64,000 bases of DNA from an uncultured delta proteobacterium (GTDB taxonomy: Bacteria; Desulfobacterota; Zymogenia; Zymogenales; Zymogenaceae). The number at the start of each line of letters is the position of its first letter. Positions within the stretch are counted from its first letter, which is position 1. Below, one piece after another: positions 1-10,069 of the stretch. The stretch spans positions 192,001 to 256,000 of the forward strand of contig CAVTLK010000001.1 in NCBI GenBank assembly GCA_963735595.1. The letters are read 5' to 3'. The position numbers were made by a program, and so were the translations under genes. Below the pieces are notes generated by a model, which saw nothing but the letters and a program-made list of their open reading frames with translations, made no database searches and was not told the DNA's origin.

Positions 1-159
1 CGATACAGCCAGATCGCGGACGACCTCGGGCGTCCGATGCGCCGACGCGATACGAAGCACCGCCTCGATACCGAGGGACTCAAGGCGTTCGCGAGCCGGT
101 TTCATTACCTCGATATCGGATTTACTCCCCATGACGATAAGGACTTTATGTCTGGCCAT
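1..159 (-). CDS. purE: N5-CAIR mutase, 5' part (runs off window start)
   Basis: Manual translation from ATG at 159 gives MARHKVLIVMGSKSD...IASAHRTPE, with the PurE MGSxSD and SAHRTP motifs. It overlaps the purD stop. Not in the ORF track. Confidence 0.92.
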   Translation of the reverse strand, partial: MARHKVLIVMGSKSDIEVMKPARERLESLGIEAVLRIASAHRTPEVVRDLAVS

Positions 160-1423
160 ACCTGAGCCCCTTTGCACCGATGTCTCTTCGATAATAGGCG
201 CCTTCCCATTTTATCCGATCGACGGCGGTATACGCACGGTCGATGGCCGCCGAAAGATCCGCGCCGACGGCGGTTACGCCGAGGACACGCCCGCCGGATG
301 TAACGAGCCTGTCGGCCTCCAGCCTCGTTCCCCCGTGAAAGACCACCACGCCGGAGAGCTTCTCAGCATCCTTTATCCCGGCGATCACTTTTCCCTTTTC
401 ATAGCCGCCCGGGTATCCCCCGGAAGCCATCACCACGCAGACGGCGGGGCGCTCATCCCACTGGAGATCGACCTCGGAAAGCTTTCCTTCAACTGCTTTG
501 ATCATTACCTCGGAGAGGCTTCCCTTCATCCGCATAAGGAGCGGCTGGGCCTCGGGGTCGCCGAACCGTGCATTGAATTCCAGCACCCTGGGTACACCGT
601 CCTTTATCATGAGTCCGGCGTAGAGTATTCCGACATAGGGATGCCCCTCCTGCTCCATGGCCTTTACGGTGGGGATCATGATCTCGTCCATAACGCGGGT
701 CGAGAGGGCCGGCGTAACGACCGGCGCGGGCGAGTAGGCGCCCATCCCGCCCGTATTGGGCCCGGTATCGCCGTCGTATATCGCCTTGTGATCCTGGGAG
801 GTTGCGAGCGGGACGACAAAGTCGCCGTCCGAAAAGGCCAGGAACGACGCCTCCTCTCCGGTCAGGAATTCTTCGACAACGACCTTATCCCCGGCGTCCC
901 CAAACTCCCGCTTTACCATGATTTGATCGACGGCCGAAAGTGCCTCCGGGACGGTCCGGGCAAGGATAACACCCTTCCCGGCGGCCAGACCGTCGGCCTT
1001 GACTACCAGGGGCGCTCCCGTATTTTCTATGTAGTCGGCGGCCTTCTTTCGGTCGGTGAATTCGGCGAAACCGGCGGTCGGGATACCGTATTTCTTCATG
1101 AGGTTTTTCGAGAAGGACTTGGACCCCTCGATCTGGGCTGCGCCGCTCGTTGGTCCGAAGATCGTAAGTCCTCTCTTAATGAAGCGGTCGACAATGCCGA
1201 GGACGAGCGGCGCCTCGGGGCCGACGATAGTCAGGTCGATACGCTCGCTTGCGGCAAACTCACAGAGCGCGCCGACGTCCTCGGACGAGATTGGGACGTT
1301 CGTCGCGACGGCGGCCGTCCCCCCGTTGCCGGGGGCGCAGTAGACGCGCACACCCTCCTCGTGGGCCAGCTTCCATGCGAGTGCATGCTCCCTGCCGCCG
1401 CCGCCGACGATGAGTATCTTCAT
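146..1423 (-). CDS. purD: phosphoribosylamine--glycine ligase
   Basis: GGGGREHA, VVKADGLAAGKGV, QDHK..GPNTGGMGAY and EFNARFGDPE motifs. Confidence 0.98.
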   Translation of the reverse strand: MKILIVGGGGREHALAWKLAHEEGVRVYCAPGNGGTAAVATNVPISSEDVGALCEFAASERIDLTIVGPEAPLVLGIVDRFIKRGLTIFGPTSGAAQIEGSKSFSKNLMKKYGIPTAGFAEFTDRKKAADYIENTGAPLVVKADGLAAGKGVILARTVPEALSAVDQIMVKREFGDAGDKVVVEEFLTGEEASFLAFSDGDFVVPLATSQDHKAIYDGDTGPNTGGMGAYSPAPVVTPALSTRVMDEIMIPTVKAMEQEGHPYVGILYAGLMIKDGVPRVLEFNARFGDPEAQPLLMRMKGSLSEVMIKAVEGKLSEVDLQWDERPAVCVVMASGGYPGGYEKGKVIAGIKDAEKLSGVVVFHGGTRLEADRLVTSGGRVLGVTAVGADLSAAIDRAYTAVDRIKWEGAYYRRDIGAKGLRYGQT

Positions 1424-1546
1424 GAAGGCCTCATTTCGATGTGATGAGACGGTTTCCTATCGCCTGGATATTATATAGTAACGCCACCGCCGTTTTGGCC
1501 GTTTCCAAACGCTTCAGGGAAATGGAACGCGCAGCGGGCGCACGCC

Positions 1547-3109
1547 TTAGTGCCTGAAATGGCGCCTCCCGGTAAAGACCATGGCGATGTCATGCGAATC
1601 GGCCGCCTTAATCGCCTCGTCGTCCTTAATGCTTCCCCCCGGCTGGGCAATCGCAGTGATGCCGGCCTGGGCCGCCGCTTCGATCCCGTCCGGCTGCGGG
1701 AAGAAGGCGTCCGACCCGAGGACGCACCCCTCGGTGGGAAACTGCGCCTTCATCCGGGCGATGACAACCGAATCGACGCGGCTCATCTGGCCGGCCCCAA
1801 CGCCGATGAGCATAGTGCCCTTGGCGAGCACGATCGCGTTGGATTTAACGTGCTTTGTCACCTTCCAGGCGAATTCGAGTGAACGCATCTCCTCGGGAGT
1901 GGGCTGGCGTTTGGTCACGACCTTGGCGTCCTTAAGGGACATGTTCACGCTGTCCCAGTCCTGAACGAGGAGTCCGCCGTGGACCCGCCGGAGGTTGAAG
2001 GTATCCTGGTCTGCGAGCCGGTCTGCGGAGACCACGATAAGTCTCAGGTTCTTCTTGGCCGCAAGAATGTCCAAGGCCCCCGGAGTAAAACCTGGCGCGG
2101 CAATTACTTCAAGGAAGGTCTCACCCAGTGCGTCGGCCGTATCCTGGTCGACCTCCCGATTGAGCGCTACAATGCCGCCGAAGGCCGATACCGGATCGGT
2201 TTGGCGAGCCATCTTGTACGTCTCGGCCAACGTCTTACCGCCGACGGCCACACCGCAGGGGTTGGCATGCTTGATAATCACGACGGCGGGCTCATCGAAC
2301 TCCCGAACGACGTCAAGGGAGGCGTCGGTATCCATTATATTGTTGTACGAAAGCTCCTTACCCTGAAGCACCCGGGCCCACGGAAGGGTGTCGGGAACGG
2401 GGACTGTGTCCCGATAGAACGCCGCACGCTGGTGGGGGTTTTCGCCATAGCGAAGGCCGTAGACACGCTTGAACTGGAGCGTGAGGCTTTCCGGGAATCT
2501 CGTTCGTTCGTCGTTTTCGTCGAGGGAGGTAAGAAAGTTGGAGATGGCTCCGTCGTAGGCCGCCGTTCTCACAAAGACCTTCTTGGCCAATGTGAAATTC
2601 GTCTCGCTTGAGATACTTCCCCCGGTCTTTTCCATCTCCTTGATGACGGTATGATAGTCTTCCGGATCGGTGACGACCGTTACGTATTTATGGTTCTTTG
2701 CGGCCGCACGGATCATCGTGGGTCCCCCGATGTCGATATTCTCGATAGCGTCGGCCAGCGTCACGTCGGCCCGCGCCACCGTCTGCTCAAATGGATAGAG
2801 ATTGACCACGACCATATCGATGGGTATCATGCCGTGTTCGGTCATCTTCTTTACGTGTTCCTGGTTATCCCTGACGGCAAGCAATCCGCCGTGAACCTTG
2901 GGATGCAGGGTCTTCAGTCTGCCGTCCATCATCTCGGGAAATCCCGTATACTCGGATATATCCATGACCGTGAGGCCGCCATCGGCGAGGAGCTTCTTCG
3001 TGCCGCCCGTGGAAATAAACGAAACGCCCATCAGGGCGAGCTTTTTTGCAAAATCGAGGACTCCGGACTTGTCCGATACGCTGATGAGCGCCGTTTTAAT
3101 TTTTCCCAT
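1547..3109 (-). CDS. purH: bifunctional AICAR transformylase/IMP cyclohydrolase
   Basis: ALISVSDK, KTLHPKVHGG, IDIGGPT, LRYGENPHQ, KHANPCG motifs and C-terminal RHFRH. Confidence 0.98.
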   Translation of the reverse strand: MGKIKTALISVSDKSGVLDFAKKLALMGVSFISTGGTKKLLADGGLTVMDISEYTGFPEMMDGRLKTLHPKVHGGLLAVRDNQEHVKKMTEHGMIPIDMVVVNLYPFEQTVARADVTLADAIENIDIGGPTMIRAAAKNHKYVTVVTDPEDYHTVIKEMEKTGGSISSETNFTLAKKVFVRTAAYDGAISNFLTSLDENDERTRFPESLTLQFKRVYGLRYGENPHQRAAFYRDTVPVPDTLPWARVLQGKELSYNNIMDTDASLDVVREFDEPAVVIIKHANPCGVAVGGKTLAETYKMARQTDPVSAFGGIVALNREVDQDTADALGETFLEVIAAPGFTPGALDILAAKKNLRLIVVSADRLADQDTFNLRRVHGGLLVQDWDSVNMSLKDAKVVTKRQPTPEEMRSLEFAWKVTKHVKSNAIVLAKGTMLIGVGAGQMSRVDSVVIARMKAQFPTEGCVLGSDAFFPQPDGIEAAAQAGITAIAQPGGSIKDDEAIKAADSHDIAMVFTGRRHFRH

Positions 3110-3238
3110 GAGAACCTCCGTTTACGTTTCCGGGGAGCGCCGGGACCGTTAAAAAACAAGATAATACCAGACGCGGCAGCAAAGCCGATATCACGCCCCT
3201 GGTTTATAACAATTTCCTGAAAGAAAATCAATACTATT

Positions 3239-4510
3239 TCAGGGTCTGGGTTCCTTGGCCAGGCGCGTCATCATACGAATGATGATTATTCCTAACACCA
3301 GGATCATCAGTCCGATCGCGCCCCACAGGATCCACGGATATCGCTCGGACATCGGGAGGTCGGAGCCGGGAATATAGTCGTGGTTTTCGACTATCGTCCC
3401 GAGAGAGACCGGTATGAAGGAATCCCTGTCGATATAGGGGAAGACCTGGGCAATGTCATACGAGGGGCTCTCGATGCGCGGATTGCCCACGTAGAGCGTA
3501 TAGGCGTTACCCGTGCCCGGATCAGCCGAAAAGGTGACCTTGCGGGGGACACCGGAAACGGTCGCCCCGGAAATAGCCAGGGGGGTATTGTTCTCGTTTT
3601 CTATGATGATCTTGAGATACCGGGCCTGGGTCTCGGGGTATCCGATGGTCGTATTTGAGCGCGAAAACCTCTGTGTCTGGATGGAATAGATGGAGGTCCT
3701 GTATATCTCCCTATACTCCCCGGGTTTGTCGACATTTGAAGCAAGGAGGATCACGTCCCGCTTGAAGTTCGTATCGGAAAGCAAGAGCGTAACCGTCGAC
3801 GTGGGGACGTTCTTGCTCGAAAGGTCAAGGGTGAGCTCGGTGACGGGCATGCCGGTCTTCTTCTCAACGGTCGTCATGGTGCTCGGAAGTATCTCGGACT
3901 CCCCCTTGATATCTTCGAGGAAAAAGATTTCTCCCCCGACTTCAAGAAGGGGCTCTTCTCCGTCGTCCCAAATGGTGACCTTCAGGTATCGATAGTCGGT
4001 CGTGGGATATGAGATAGCGAGGTTCTTGATATTATGGTTGCTCGTTAGATCGAAGATATAGTCGTTATCTTTCAGAAGGGCGAATTTCCTGTTATCGGGC
4101 GAGCCTTCGACGGTAATCTTCCTGACAAAATTGGTGCTCGAAGTGGTGACCGTGATGTTGTTGGTAGTCATGCCCGTATCACCCACGTCCAGGGTGAAGG
4201 TCGTATAGCTACGGGGAATATAGGAGGTGTTGAGGATTAATGTCTCAATCTTCTTGCGTTCACTGGTTCGGGAGTTACTCCATATGACGTAGGGCACTTC
4301 AGCTGCGCCGCCGTCCGAGATTCGCAGGTCCGACAGGTTTGGGTTGGCCCTGTCGTAGATAGCCGATGGGATAGTAAAGAAGACATATCCCGACCCGGTT
4401 ACCTCAATGGGGGCGAGATATCGATACAGGGAGGGATCGAACGACGGACCCGCACCGGAACAGAAGAGGGCCGCGGCCAGAATGAACAGAAAGGTTTTAC
4501 GAACCGTCAT
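3239..4510 (-). CDS. DUF3999-like exported protein with C-terminal membrane anchor
   Basis: Signal peptide, DLRI..EVPY and P.YD motifs, beta-rich body, C-terminal TM (WILWGAIGLMILVLG). Overlaps the DUF2339 gene. Confidence 0.65.
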   Translation of the reverse strand: MTVRKTFLFILAAALFCSGAGPSFDPSLYRYLAPIEVTGSGYVFFTIPSAIYDRANPNLSDLRISDGGAAEVPYVIWSNSRTSERKKIETLILNTSYIPRSYTTFTLDVGDTGMTTNNITVTTSSTNFVRKITVEGSPDNRKFALLKDNDYIFDLTSNHNIKNLAISYPTTDYRYLKVTIWDDGEEPLLEVGGEIFFLEDIKGESEILPSTMTTVEKKTGMPVTELTLDLSSKNVPTSTVTLLLSDTNFKRDVILLASNVDKPGEYREIYRTSIYSIQTQRFSRSNTTIGYPETQARYLKIIIENENNTPLAISGATVSGVPRKVTFSADPGTGNAYTLYVGNPRIESPSYDIAQVFPYIDRDSFIPVSLGTIVENHDYIPGSDLPMSERYPWILWGAIGLMILVLGIIIIRMMTRLAKEPRP

Positions 4511-6341
4511 GTTTTACCTCCTTTTGATCTCCGATCACGGCAACCATAATCTGATCCTTGAATCGGGTATAGAGGAACGATACCAAGAGCAGGATGACGC
4601 CAAGCCCGATAAAGGAGATAATCCGGTAGATGTTTTCGAGAGCCGATAGGTCGAATATAAATACCTTAATGATGGTGACGAAGAACAGCACGATGGCACA
4701 GATCCGCGAGGGGGCGTGCTTTTTGACAAAACCGAAGATAATAAGCGCCACTGAATAGATTGCCCAGATGCCGGACAGAGAAAGTCGTTGCGCGTACAGG
4801 TATCGGTTATAGAGATCCGTATATTGGGAGTAGTCGTAGCTGCCGATCATACCCTGTTGAAGCGTGTTCATCGGCACTTCAAAGAAGTCGTATGCCTCCA
4901 CCGATAGGATGATCAGGAGTACGAGGTGGCCGGCGATAAACATGATCAGGGAGGCGGGGCGTGCATAACCGGCCTCAGGACTGCGTGAAAACAGATAGGA
5001 TGAGAACAGCGCCGCGGCCGCTACAACGAGCGCCGTGAGGAAGCGATCGTTGAAAAAGGATCGGAACCCGGGATCATATATATCAATGGAAAGATCGAAA
5101 AAGAGGAGCTTGCCGATTGACATGACCAGGAGCGCCGCTCCGGCAATAAGAATGGAACCGCTCTCGGTCTTTATCCCGATCCAAACCAGCGCGCTGGCCA
5201 GTACCGCCCAACCGATTGTAATCCAGTTCTTTTCGAGCTGAATGGGAACCATAATCACCAGAAATCCGAGGGCTACCGCCAGGAACGTAAGGACGAGCCT
5301 CTTTTCGGCGGCTACCCGTTTATAGCTGATGAAGGCAAGGCCCAGATATACAGCGGCCATCGCACCGGAGAATAAGCCCATCAGGTCGGGGTATCGATCC
5401 CTAAGGTTTCCGTAGCTCGCCCCGAAGAAGGCCGATGCCACAACAAAGACGAAGACGAGATCAAGAACGGACGTCTTCTCCTTATGGATGATATTGTAGA
5501 ATATCGACAGGGACGCAAAGATGACAAAAAACAGGACAAGAAATAGCTGGGTCGTTCCGTAGGCGATGGGCTGGATTGCGTAAAACCTGTCCGCCCATCC
5601 GGCGAATATGGCGACGGTGGCGACGAACGCGAAGATATTAAGCCACTTCCAGTTTCTGAAGAAGGCAACGGTCAGAACGCCGAGGTCGAGGATCGTGATA
5701 TAGGTGAGGAGGGGCACCTGCTGATTCTCTCCGGTCGACAGGAGGATCGGGTTCAGGTAGCCGCCGATAAAACCCATGAAAGCAATAGAAGAGGTGTTGT
5801 GTCTGACCGAAAGCAGAACGGCAAAGATCGTCACGACAACAAAGAGGATTCGCCCGATGTTCATCGGTATGATCTGGTAGTAGCTGGCCGCACCGAAGAG
5901 GGCGAGAAAGAGGATGGCAATGCCTCCGCCCACTAACCCTTGAGAATAATACTTATATTTATTCTTCCAGAACTCGCCCCAGCCGATGAAGACCAGGCCC
6001 ACCAGCATCCCGAGGACGACCCTTCCGGTCGGCCCGATCCATTCGTTTTCAAAGGCGTATTTGATGAAAAAACCCATGCCGATAATAACGGCTACGATTC
6101 CGATATAATTAAGCCACTTACCGCCGATCTTTGCCTCTATCTCTTTGGCGCTGCGGACGGGTTTTGCGGCCGCGGGCTCCCGAGGCGGGAGAGGCGCGGC
6201 TTTTTCTTCGGACGGCGCGACGGGCCCGGCCTTGCCTTCGAGCGTACTCAAACGCCCCTGGATGGTAGACACCTCACGACGGAGATCTCCCATTTGCTGA
6301 AGCATTAGGTCGATCTTCTTGTCACGATCATGTTCGTTCAT
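4497..6341 (-). CDS. DUF2339 family polytopic membrane protein
   Basis: N-terminal coiled coil and Pro linker, E..IGGKWLNYIG..GFFIKYA, many TM helices, C-terminal KVFIFDLS..YRIISFIGLG. Confidence 0.85.
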   Translation of the reverse strand: MNEHDRDKKIDLMLQQMGDLRREVSTIQGRLSTLEGKAGPVAPSEEKAAPLPPREPAAAKPVRSAKEIEAKIGGKWLNYIGIVAVIIGMGFFIKYAFENEWIGPTGRVVLGMLVGLVFIGWGEFWKNKYKYYSQGLVGGGIAILFLALFGAASYYQIIPMNIGRILFVVVTIFAVLLSVRHNTSSIAFMGFIGGYLNPILLSTGENQQVPLLTYITILDLGVLTVAFFRNWKWLNIFAFVATVAIFAGWADRFYAIQPIAYGTTQLFLVLFFVIFASLSIFYNIIHKEKTSVLDLVFVFVVASAFFGASYGNLRDRYPDLMGLFSGAMAAVYLGLAFISYKRVAAEKRLVLTFLAVALGFLVIMVPIQLEKNWITIGWAVLASALVWIGIKTESGSILIAGAALLVMSIGKLLFFDLSIDIYDPGFRSFFNDRFLTALVVAAAALFSSYLFSRSPEAGYARPASLIMFIAGHLVLLIILSVEAYDFFEVPMNTLQQGMIGSYDYSQYTDLYNRYLYAQRLSLSGIWAIYSVALIIFGFVKKHAPSRICAIVLFFVTIIKVFIFDLSALENIYRIISFIGLGVILLLVSFLYTRFKDQIMVAVIGDQKEVKHDGS

Positions 6342-7945
6342 GTCGATGGGTCCTCAAATAAAAGGCTTGAAATAAAGGCCTCATTAAATCTCTTGTCAGC
6401 CGACAGCTCGATATAGCGGATGCGGTCGGAGAGGTCCTCGATACCTTCTTTTGTCCGGGAGGACCGAACGGCCTCGATCGCCCCGGAAAGGGCGGCGTCC
6501 CCGACGAATACGATCTTCTTTTCGAGCGAGGCCGGAAGCATCCCCACCCCAACGATGCTTTCCGGTTTCAGATAATTGCCGAAGGCCCCGGCCACGAGAA
6601 TGCGGTCGATATCTTCCCACACGATACCCATCTCGGCGAGAAGCACGCTGATGCCGGCGTGCATCGCACCTTTTGCCAGCTGGATCTCCCGGATATCCTT
6701 CTGGGTAATCCCGATTGACCGCGACCGATCGGAAAAGAGAATAAATCGCCGCGTGCCGTTCTCCGGAACGAGCCTCTCCCTCAGGCCGGTCGGTGCGCTA
6801 TCCACCGCGATCCTTCCCGAGGAGTTTATCAGTCCGTTGCGTCTCATCTCGGAGACGGCGTCAAACAGACCGGAGCCGCAAATCCCGCGGGGCGGGGCGT
6901 TTCCCTTGACGGCGAGCGTAACCTCGTCCCCCACGATAGTGACGGCTTCGATAGCGCCCGTGTCGGCCCGCATCCCGTCGGTTATATGGGAGCCCTCGAA
7001 GGCCGGGCCGGCGGCGGTCGAGCAGGTCAGAAGACGCTCTTTGTTTCCGAGAACGATCTCGCCGTTGGTGCCGATATCCAGCCCGAGAATCATCTCATCG
7101 GATTCGTGTATACGGGAAGACCAGATAAAGGCCATCGTATCACCACCCACGTACCCGGAGAGGATCGGGAAGACCCACACGACGGCTTTCGAATCGACCT
7201 CTAGTCCAAGGTCGGATGCCGTAGACCTTTGGGCCTTTCGGAAACCGGGGATGAAGGGGGCATAAGCGATAGGGGTGGGATCTTTTCCGAGAAAGAGGTG
7301 TTCCATCGTCGGGTTTCCGGCTATCGCCAATTCGCGGATTTGGGATAATGACAGGCCGAGTCTCCGGGAAAGCTTCTCCATGATCTCGACTATCGCCCGG
7401 ACGGCCAGTGACTGTTGAACGTAAAGGGTATCGTGATCCTTAATAACGGCGTTGATACGCGAAATCACGTCTGCGCCGAATGCGGCCTGAGGATTGAGCG
7501 CAGAGGCGTGGGCGAGGACCTCGCCGGTCGGCAGCGCGATAAGCGCGGCCGCGATACTGGTCGTTCCCAAATCCACCGCGAGGGCGAGATCCTCAGCGGA
7601 CGCCGGCCGGTCTGATAGGACCGTTACCTCTTCCCAGGAGGCGCCGGTCCCCGCTACACGGGCCGACACCGGGATGTCCACCGTCATATCGCCCGTTACC
7701 GTGAGCCGGCAGGCCAGACGATCCCCCCTCTCGATATCAGGGCCCGGTATGTGACGGAGGTCCTCGGGGGTGGGCGGCGCAACGCCGTTGACGACGGTAA
7801 CCCTGCACCTGCCGCAGCGCCCTTCTCCGCCGCAGGGCAGGTTGATGAGGATATTACTTCCTCTCAAGACGTCCGCAAGGGACGTCCCGGCCCGGGCGCT
7901 GCGGGATGTTCCTTCGGGCGTAATCGTGACGGTATAGTTCTGCAT
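6338..7945 (-). CDS. ASKHA-domain ATPase with N-terminal 2Fe-2S ferredoxin (DUF4445, RACo/corrinoid reductive activator-like)
   Basis: CGGEGRCGRC...RLAC 2Fe-2S motif; DLGTT, GADVISRI, DIGTNGE, AAGPAFEG, GICGSG, DIREIQLAK and AGAFG. Confidence 0.9.
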   Translation of the reverse strand: MQNYTVTITPEGTSRSARAGTSLADVLRGSNILINLPCGGEGRCGRCRVTVVNGVAPPTPEDLRHIPGPDIERGDRLACRLTVTGDMTVDIPVSARVAGTGASWEEVTVLSDRPASAEDLALAVDLGTTSIAAALIALPTGEVLAHASALNPQAAFGADVISRINAVIKDHDTLYVQQSLAVRAIVEIMEKLSRRLGLSLSQIRELAIAGNPTMEHLFLGKDPTPIAYAPFIPGFRKAQRSTASDLGLEVDSKAVVWVFPILSGYVGGDTMAFIWSSRIHESDEMILGLDIGTNGEIVLGNKERLLTCSTAAGPAFEGSHITDGMRADTGAIEAVTIVGDEVTLAVKGNAPPRGICGSGLFDAVSEMRRNGLINSSGRIAVDSAPTGLRERLVPENGTRRFILFSDRSRSIGITQKDIREIQLAKGAMHAGISVLLAEMGIVWEDIDRILVAGAFGNYLKPESIVGVGMLPASLEKKIVFVGDAALSGAIEAVRSSRTKEGIEDLSDRIRYIELSADKRFNEAFISSLLFEDPST

Positions 7946-7953
7946 TGCGGCGT

Positions 7954-9264
7954 TCAGTGTCGAAAGTAAAACGGGACGTCAAGACGCACGGCGCCGTCCT
8001 TGACCTCGCGAATCATGAGGTGGTGGAAGATCGCGAGCCTCTTTGAACCGTCCGCGCCTGTTTCGTATCGAAATATTTCAAAGAGGGGGAGTAAGTTTCG
8101 TTTAAAGCCGTCGTCATACAGGGGAAGGGGATACAGAACGACGGTCGAATCCTCGCCCGTCTTCAGTTTCCTTCGATCGTACACCGGAAAGAGGTAAACC
8201 CAGAGGTCATCGGTTCCGTCGGGATAGGTTGTCCTGGCGTATTTATCGAAGAGCATAACGCGATAGGTTTCTTCGGTCTTCTCCGGCGAGGTGAATAGAC
8301 TACGGGAATATACCGGGTAGAGGATATACATCCGATCATCGATACTGTCCTTTTCGGTCTTCACCCGTTTCTTATAGAAAGGGGCGATCTGGGTAAGGGA
8401 GAGGGTATCGGATCGGGCAAACGAGATAAAGGGCCACGGGGCGTCTACCCTTTTGTAGTTGGTGCTCTCGTTACCGGATACGGTAAAGAAAGGCCAGAGA
8501 TACGAGGTCGAATAGGAATCAGGGGTCCGGCGGTCGACGTAGAAGGGGATTATAATGGTGTCGATCTCAGGGGACCGGGTATCCAGGTTCTTTCCACTGA
8601 ACGTAACCAGAGGGAAAAGTATAAACGTCTTGTAGCTTTCCCCCGCCGTCTCTTCGTGCCCCCAGATCGGAAACACGCGAAGGCCACGGGTTTTATCTCC
8701 GAGGGTCGTCCTGAAGACCGGCCAGATGACCGTATGGGAGGTCGTGGAGTCTTCAACGGTTCTCGAATACAGGGGCCAGAGGATAAACAGGATATCGTCC
8801 TTGCCGAAGCGCTTCTTTACCGTGCCGTAGAGCGGGAAGACCCCGCCATAGGGAAGGCCGTCCTCGGATCTCCCCCAGTAGAGGGGGAAATGGTCGTGAG
8901 CGGTCCTTGTCTTGTTCGGGAATATCTCGGCCGTCTCGTCCTTCATGATCGGAAAGATGCGCAGCTTCTCGTCCACTCCCTGTCTCTTATATTTTATAAT
9001 CGGGTAAATGACGTCGATTATCGTGGAGTCGGCCGATTCGTCCTTCTTAAACGAAAAAACAGGCCGGATAGAAAATTCGCGGGCATCCTTACCCCGGTGA
9101 TAATAGACGAAGGGGGTGAGGATGGAAAGGGTCGTGCTGTCGTCCCGGTCATCTTCGTTGTAGTAGACGAGGGGCCAGATATTGACGTGACGCGACCCGG
9201 TATGGGCACACGCACAGCAGACCAGGAGGACAAGCGCCGGGAGGATACGTGAAAATCTCTTCAT
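7954..9264 (-). CDS. hypothetical lipoprotein built of about 20 hydrophobic-Pro-aromatic repeats, possibly outer-membrane associated
   Basis: Signal peptide with Cys cluster (LLVCCAC); recurring IWPLV/LWPLY/VFPIW/LWPFF units; aromatic C-terminus VPFYFRH; 4 nt downstream of mlaD. Confidence 0.7.
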   Translation of the reverse strand: MKRFSRILPALVLLVCCACAHTGSRHVNIWPLVYYNEDDRDDSTTLSILTPFVYYHRGKDAREFSIRPVFSFKKDESADSTIIDVIYPIIKYKRQGVDEKLRIFPIMKDETAEIFPNKTRTAHDHFPLYWGRSEDGLPYGGVFPLYGTVKKRFGKDDILFILWPLYSRTVEDSTTSHTVIWPVFRTTLGDKTRGLRVFPIWGHEETAGESYKTFILFPLVTFSGKNLDTRSPEIDTIIIPFYVDRRTPDSYSTSYLWPFFTVSGNESTNYKRVDAPWPFISFARSDTLSLTQIAPFYKKRVKTEKDSIDDRMYILYPVYSRSLFTSPEKTEETYRVMLFDKYARTTYPDGTDDLWVYLFPVYDRRKLKTGEDSTVVLYPLPLYDDGFKRNLLPLFEIFRYETGADGSKRLAIFHHLMIREVKDGAVRLDVPFYFRH

Positions 9265-9268
9265 CGCG

Positions 9269-10054
9269 TTAAAATATCAGTCCGAAGATCGTGGACATAA
9301 CCGAAATCGGGGTCTGCTCCTCGATCCCTTCGGCGGCCTTTCTAAATTCACGGACAGCGTTTTCGGATTCCGTATAGAGACTGTCGTCTTGAACGAGCCG
9401 TCCCAGCGTACCTTCGCCCTTGTTGATCTTATCGGTTACGCCTTTCACGTCGGCGTAGAGGGTATCATCGTTCATGAGCTTGCCGAGAGATCCCTCTCCG
9501 CGATTAATTTTGGCAGTAATATCGGAGAGATTAGCGCTCGTATCCGCCATGTTGGAGACGATCTTCTTAAGATCCTCTTTAGTCTCGGGGTCGCCGATGA
9601 CTTCCTTGATGGAGGCGGAGATATCGGAGAGGTCTTTGATTATGTCGTTGATATCGGCCTCTTCGACGGTGGTAGCAATGGTGTCCCCGTCGGCGAGCAG
9701 ACCGCTGGCGGATGTGCCCGGATAGATCAGGATATACTTATCCCCCATGGCCCCGTAGGACTTCATCTCCGCCCGTGCGTCCCGATATATGGGGGTGTCC
9801 TTGGCAATGGACATCACAACCCTGGCCCGGTCACCGGCCAGCACAACATCTTCCACATCCCCGATCTTCACGCCGGCAATGCGCACCGATCCCATGACGT
9901 TAAGGCCCGAGACGTCGGAAAAATCGGCGTTGAGGGTATAGCCGCCGCCGGATGTTATCCGGTACTGGCCGATGAAAAGAGTAGTCAGGCCGATAATGGC
10001 GATTCCCAGAAGGACAAAGAGCCCCACCTTGATCGCTAACGATGTATCTTTCAT
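9269..10054 (-). CDS. mlaD: MCE/MlaD family substrate-binding protein
   Basis: N-terminal TM (KVGLFVLLG), F.DVSGL...VRIAGVKIGDV MCE domain, helical tail with repeated GEGSLGKL/GEGTLGRL. Confidence 0.9.
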   Translation of the reverse strand: MKDTSLAIKVGLFVLLGIAIIGLTTLFIGQYRITSGGGYTLNADFSDVSGLNVMGSVRIAGVKIGDVEDVVLAGDRARVVMSIAKDTPIYRDARAEMKSYGAMGDKYILIYPGTSASGLLADGDTIATTVEEADINDIIKDLSDISASIKEVIGDPETKEDLKKIVSNMADTSANLSDITAKINRGEGSLGKLMNDDTLYADVKGVTDKINKGEGTLGRLVQDDSLYTESENAVREFRKAAEGIEEQTPISVMSTIFGLIF

Positions 10055-10069
10055 GATCTAACTCCCATT

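Noticed and set aside
131..1444. Long + strand ORF (437 aa) and many similar antisense ORFs (e.g. 27923-28942, 44971-45900, 60739-61929)
   Set aside because: They are shadows of well-supported genes on the opposite strand, lack motifs, and are expected in GC-rich DNA.
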